Part shown: in pieces, positions 62,054 to 64,000 of the stretch
Layout: each line of letters opens with the position of its first letter
Numbering within the stretch: position 1 is the stretch's first letter
NCBI GenBank assembly: GCA_033763775.1
Contig: JANRJW010000010.1
Location: forward strand, 90,430 to 154,429
Direction: 5' to 3'
DNA length: 64,000 bases
Source: Alphaproteobacteria bacterium
GTDB taxonomy: Bacteria; Pseudomonadota; Alphaproteobacteria; Rickettsiales; SXRF01
Program-made: the position numbers and the translations under genes
Notes under the pieces: model-generated
The model's input: the letters and a program-made list of their open reading frames with translations, nothing else
The model's database searches: none
Told to the model about the DNA's origin: nothing

Positions 62054-64000
62054 TCATCCTTCAATTTTGCTAAAGTCAGCAACAATATCCATATTAATTT
62101 TTACGGCTTTGAGCAGGGAAAGCCTGCTAGCGCGAAGCTTTGCATCTTCGCAGTTCACCATGATGCTGTCAAAGAACACATCCAGCGGTTTGCGCAGCTT
62201 TGAAAGCGCATTCATCATATCGGTGAATTGCTCTTTCCTTGCCATATCAGCGATAGCAACTGCAAGATGGTTAAGTTCTTTGCCAAGCGCAAGTTCCGCG
62301 GGTTCTTTCAGCGCTTCAGACACGACCGCACCCTGATACGTGGTTTTATCCTTTTTCTCTTCAATCGAAAGGATATTGGCCGCGCGCTTGTAGCCGGCCA
62401 GCAGGTTTTTGCCATCATCGGTTTCCAGAAAGGCTTGCACGGCTTTCGCTTTGTCTCTGATACGCACCAGATCATCATCGCCACCTGCGATCACTGCCTT
62501 AATCACATCATGGCGAATGCCGGAATCTTTGAGCTGCACCACCAGCCGATCATGGAAAAATGCAAGAAGCTGCGAAGACAGGCTGCTGGCCGCATCTTCG
62601 GCGATATCCTGCGTCGCCGATTCGTTCACCGCCACATATTTGCCGACCTTCAGATCTTTGGGGTTTTCATGGAGCTTGGCTTCAGTTTTTTTGATGAGCT
62701 GATGATGCGCTTCGCGCAGGGCAATATCTTTAAACGGTGCATCATCGAGGAATTGTTTGAGCGGCAGGCGCAGGTTGTTTTCCAAAATAATGCGAATGAC
62801 GCCAAGCGCGGCGCGGCGCAGCGCAAACGGGTCTTTGGAGCCGGTCGGCTTTTCGCCGATGGCAAACATCGAGCAAAGTGTATCCAGCTTGTCCGCCAGC
62901 GCCACACCGATAGAAACGGGCGCAGTCGGCACCGCAGAAGAAGGGCCCAGAGGCAGGTAGTGGTCGCGGATGGCGTCCGCCACTTCAGGCTTTTCGCCCT
63001 CAGCCAGTGCGTAGTAGCGCCCCATCACGCCTTGCAATTCCGGAAACTCACCAACCATCCCCGTCACAAGATCGGCCTTACAGATCTGAGCTGCGCGCTC
63101 TACTAATTTTTTATCTGCCTTTGAGTAATCGGCAAGTTCCAGCGCCAGTTTTTTTACCCGCTCCACCTTCTGCGCCACACTGCCGAGCTTGGCATGATAA
63201 GTGACACTCTCAAGGCCTTTCGCCCAATCCTCCAGCTTTTTTTTGCGGTCGCTGTCCCAGAAAAAGCGGCCATCAGCGAGGCGTGCGCGCAGCACGCGCT
63301 CATTGCCCGCCACAATCGCTTTGCCGCCTGCCTGCGCGAAGCCGGGGCTTCGCTCCGGCATAGGCAGGCCATCGCTGGCGGTCATGTTGGCGGTGATGAG
63401 GAACTTGTCGGAAAAGCGCCCGTCTTTAGTTTCGAGTGCGAAATATTTCTGGTGAGCGCGCATCTCGGAAATCAGCACCTCCGGCGGCAGATCCATGTAG
63501 CTCGCATCAATCGTGCCCATCAGCACCACCGGCCATTCGACAAGGCCGGTGACTTCCTCTAGCAAGCCTTCATCACCGCGCAGCAGCAGTCCTGCCTTCA
63601 TCGCCACCTCATTAGCTTGGCGGAGGATCTCTGCTTTACGTACATCGCGGCTAGCCATCACATAAGCCTTATTGAGCGCTGCTTCATACCCGGTAGGGGT
63701 ATCGATGGCAATCGGCGCGGGCGCAAGGAAGCGATGGCCATAGGTGATGTTTCCAGCTTTAATGCCAGCAAATTCCACCGGCACCACCTTACCATCGAAC
63801 ACGCATAGGATGGAATGCAGCGGGCGCACCCACGCCGCATCGCCGCTGCCCCAGCGCATCGACTTCGGCCATGGGAAGCCAGCCAGTATCTCTTCGATGA
63901 TCGGCTTTAAAAGCTCAGCGGTGGGCTTTCCCTTCTGGTGGATTTTTGCCACATACACGCCATCTTCCTGAGTAAGCTCGCTCAGTGTAAGGCCGGATTT
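62054..64000 (-). CDS. glyS: Glycine-tRNA ligase beta subunit (5' end outside window)
   Basis: KSMRW, GNERVLRARLAD, EFPELQG, DPFALRRAALG; frame is open to 64000. Confidence 0.97.
   Translation of the reverse strand, partial: KSGLTLSELTQEDGVYVAKIHQKGKPTAELLKPIIEEILAGFPWPKSMRWGSGDAAWVRPLHSILCVFDGKVVPVEFAGIKAGNITYGHRFLAPAPIAIDTPTGYEAALNKAYVMASRDVRKAEILRQANEVAMKAGLLLRGDEGLLEEVTGLVEWPVVLMGTIDASYMDLPPEVLISEMRAHQKYFALETKDGRFSDKFLITANMTASDGLPMPERSPGFAQAGGKAIVAGNERVLRARLADGRFFWDSDRKKKLEDWAKGLESVTYHAKLGSVAQKVERVKKLALELADYSKADKKLVERAAQICKADLVTGMVGEFPELQGVMGRYYALAEGEKPEVADAIRDHYLPLGPSSAVPTAPVSIGVALADKLDTLCSMFAIGEKPTGSKDPFALRRAALGVIRIILENNLRLPLKQFLDDAPFKDIALREAHHQLIKKTEAKLHENPKDLKVGKYVAVNESATQDIAEDAASSLSSQLLAFFHDRLVVQLKDSGIRHDVIKAVIAGGDDDLVRIRDKAKAVQAFLETDDGKNLLAGYKRAANILSIEEKKDKTTYQGAVVSEALKEPAELALGKELNHLAVAIADMARKEQFTDMMNALSKLRKPLDVFFDSIMVNCEDAKLRASRLSLLKAVKINMDIVADFSKIEG
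63326..63369. repeat. Family E palindrome in frame in glyS
   Basis: gcctgcct ... gcgaagcc-gg-ggcttcgc ... aggcaggc; adds LPMPERSPGFAQAG. Confidence 0.85.

Noticed and set aside
62580-62750. Extra segment in GlyS (APFKDIALREAHH...AEDAA) as another repeat insertion
   Set aside because: No palindrome or periodicity visible, and this region of GlyS varies in length.

Overview
A 64 kb chromosomal segment from an alphaproteobacterium; the gene set (mipZ with a Pam18-like J protein, murA-hisG-hisD-UPF0262-infA-maf, glyA-nrdR-rib-nusB-thiL, glyS-ppdK) suggests a metabolically competent lineage, but finer taxonomy is inference only. It holds an FNR-box-controlled microaerobic island (ccoNOQP-GHIS, ompW, a Crp/Fnr regulator), the glyoxylate shunt, a cbs-metB/CSE pair, a Fur-boxed Fe(III) ABC transporter, kup, a DUF433/PIN toxin-antitoxin pair, tRNA-Glu and tRNA-Gln. 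Non-coding signals include a canonical parS palindrome and a SAM-II-like riboswitch with a terminator upstream of an uncharacterised membrane protein. The most striking feature is a dense population of small palindromic elements from about six families. About ten YGTCATYCC...GGRATGACR REP-like loci occur, and one pair of these ends brackets a stand-alone GIY-YIG nuclease gene, a candidate autonomous element for a REP class with no mobiliser known to me. Nine in-frame palindromic insertions add peptides to eight genes (ccoI, ccoG, maf, thiL, trmJ twice, cysS, ppdK, glyS). All calls come from reading the sequence by eye; no database searches were run.
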